NCBI RefSeq assembly: GCF_009914755.1
Contig: NC_060927.1
From: the human T2T-CHM13v2.0 reference genome, Homo sapiens
DNA: 64,000 bases
Strand: one strand, 5' to 3'
Below, in pieces: positions 1 to 64,000 of the stretch. Below the pieces are notes generated by a model. That model was not told the origin of the DNA. It did no database searches and was given only the letters and a program-made list of their open reading frames with translations. The translations under genes and the position numbers were made by a program. The number at the start of each line of letters is the position of its first letter. The stretch's first letter is position 1.

Positions 1-566
1 GCCCAAATGGGGCATTCATATAAAATATACTTCACTTGAGGAAATAATTCCTAATTTGCCGGCTTAAATTCTGGTCCTAAAAACTAGAAGCTACTTTGCA
101 GAGCTGCCTTCTACTCTGTTCAAAACTTGACTTGTCAGCCCAAAGCCCGTTTCTATGGGGTAGGCTGGGGGAAGCGGTGGGGGCCGGGCTGAACTTCTGC
201 TGTGAGGCTGGTGACTACTCCTCTGTAAGTCCTTGAAAGTGAAAGCAAGCTGAGAATCTGACTCCTTATTCCACAGCCTTGCTCCTAGCTGATGAAAACA
301 CCCACATAACTTAACACAATGATCGCTCTCTTTTTTTTTTTTTTTTTTTTTTTTTTGTCAAAACAAGGATCTGCTGGTGATGCTTCACAGTGAAACCTCC
401 ATTATCACTGAGAATGTCACTTGGAAAACATTCTTAAGAAATGAGTCTCTTTCTCATAGGCTCAATTTCAGGATTCTCAAACTCAATGTTCTGCTCAGAA
501 GTTTCCATGATGAAGCCTATTTGTCTCTGAGGCTGGGGCTCTGCCTTTAGACTTATTCTGCTCCAG
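1..566 (-). other. DCP1A: Proximal part of the DCP1A 3'UTR (continues beyond the window)
   Basis: Directly follows the stop codon; no obvious canonical AATAAA seen in this stretch of the minus strand. Confidence 0.85.
331..356 (-). repeat. A26 mononucleotide tract in the 3'UTR
   Basis: 26 consecutive T on the + strand. Confidence 0.95.
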
Positions 567-60492
<59,926 letters not shown>

Positions 60493-61019
60493 CTTGAATC
60501 CCAGAGCCTAGCCCCTCTGGTGGGGGCGGAGTCGCGGACAGGAAAGTGCCATCGAGGCAAAATTCCCCCATCTGCGTCAGTCCCCTCAACTTCCGCCTCT
60601 ACGCGGGCCTCGCGGCAGGGCGGTACGTCAGCCATTCTGGTCCGCCGCGCGCACGCTCCGGGCGCCGGGTTCCGGCGTTGTCAGGGTCCGCGGCCCTACG
60701 ATGTGGGCGGTGTCCAAGGCTGCGTAGTGGAGCTTGCAGGCTGGAGCTCCGGCGCTTCCTTTCCCTGAGCTAAAACGACTGGGTCCTGGGATCTGGCCTC
60801 TAGCTCGCCTGCCGAGCTCTTTCCAGGCAAAGGTTGGAGACCGCCGAAGTGCCGGCCTCGCGGTGCGCTGTCTGGCAGGGCCCGGGGCCACAGAAGGAAA
60901 ACATGTCTGTGGAATGTGGAAATGCGGGACTCTACCGGGCCCGTTTAGAGAGCACAGAAAAACATGGGGGAAAGGGAGAGGCGAGAAGCCCAGAAAATTA
61001 CCCTAGGTCTCAGATATGG

Positions 61020-61165
61020 ATGTGTCGACCTAAAAGGAAGAAGACTCTGGGGCAAAATAAATGCAAGCAGAGAGTTTATTTGGGCCAAGCTTGAGGATTG
61101 CACCCCAGGAGCATAGATTCAAGTTGCCTTGAATATATACACTGATTAGCAGAAGGTACAAGTGG
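61020..61165. mobile_element. ERV1 (MER4-group) LTR fragment just upstream of the promoter
   Basis: TGTCGACCTAAAAGGAAGAAG...GAGAGTTTATTTGGGCCAAGCTTGAGGATTGC. Confidence 0.5.
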
Positions 61166-61166
61166 A

Positions 61167-63403
<2,237 letters not shown>

Positions 63404-63434
63404 TCCCTGATAAAATGAGTTTTTTCCCCACTGT

Positions 63435-63935
63435 GTATCAGTCACAAACAAAGAATATCCCATTGAAAAAGGCAATCAGGTTTTATTCATTTGCCAGGGA
63501 ATGGAGAAGGTGAGCTCTTCCTCTGAAAGCATCTTTTCTTGAAGAATAAAAGGCAAGGGGTTTATTGCCTTTATTCCTATGGGGCAGGAAAGGAATGTTA
63601 GTATGTGCAGGGTGGGACTCCAGACACGCAGGCCCAATTCATAAACATGCATCTTCATATATCATATGTACACAAAATGGCAGAGATTTTCTTTTAGGGA
63701 AGGGAAATTAGCATTATAATGATATGTTCATGATCTAAAGGCACCCAGGGTTTGCCAGTTCCCATTTGCGCTGGTTTTATGGTGTCTTATCTTCCTCTGG
63801 CATCTGGTCAGGGGTCAAGAAGCTCTGGCGCCATCTGGTTTCTTTAAGCAGCAGTGTCTATAGATAAAGGGACCAAAGAAAAACAATAAGAAAAAGGAAC
63901 TTTCCCAGTTATTTTGTCAGGGCTGTCCTGGTTAA
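63435..63935. mobile_element. Probable ERV LTR fragment (family uncertain)
   Basis: LTR-like texture (TTTATTCATTTGCC, CAAAATGGC), TG...CA-like ends; contains CTCF-like ACCAGATGGCGCCA on the minus strand at about 63826-63839. Confidence 0.4.
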
Positions 63936-64000
63936 CAAAAATGCTGAGATTACAGGCTTGAGCCACCGTGCCCAGCCCCCCTGTTTGTTAATGTAAAGAG

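Noticed and set aside
60520-61094. Several ORFs in the promoter suggesting a divergent gene
   Set aside because: Expected in stop-poor GC-rich CpG-island sequence; mostly non-ATG starts and no recognisable protein.

Overview
This is human/primate genomic DNA containing the complete coding region of DCP1A (mRNA-decapping enzyme subunit 1A) on the minus strand. I mapped 10 coding exons by hand from GT-AG boundaries: 60492-60358, 57917-57877, 55246-55119, 32458-32392, 25367-25229, 17277-17164, 5813-5055, 3842-3777, 1270-1052 and 647-567. They total 1749 nt (582 aa plus stop). A CpG-island promoter lies at about 60.2-60.95 kb, and the start of the 3'UTR runs off the left edge. The introns are very Alu-rich (about 60 copies or fragments) and also carry L1, L2, Tigger3a, MER1A, MER3 and MADE1 relics; ERV LTR fragments lie upstream of the promoter. 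Nearly all non-exonic ORFs in the supplied track are Alu/L1 or chance ORFs. I found no convincing wholly new biological system. The best leads are: a sense-oriented intronic SNORD38-family retrocopy with intact boxes and guide; a Y1-RNA retrocopy that placed a U28 tract 12 nt behind the exon 8 donor; candidate poison exons and upstream AUGs that could couple DCP1A to NMD; a repair-type local duplication ending inside a Tigger3a terminus; a MADE1 flanked by a 30-bp duplication; a 57-nt Alu 5'-domain retrocopy; and a two-hairpin element. Repeat subfamily names and reference RNA comparisons are from memory, and repeat coordinates are approximate.
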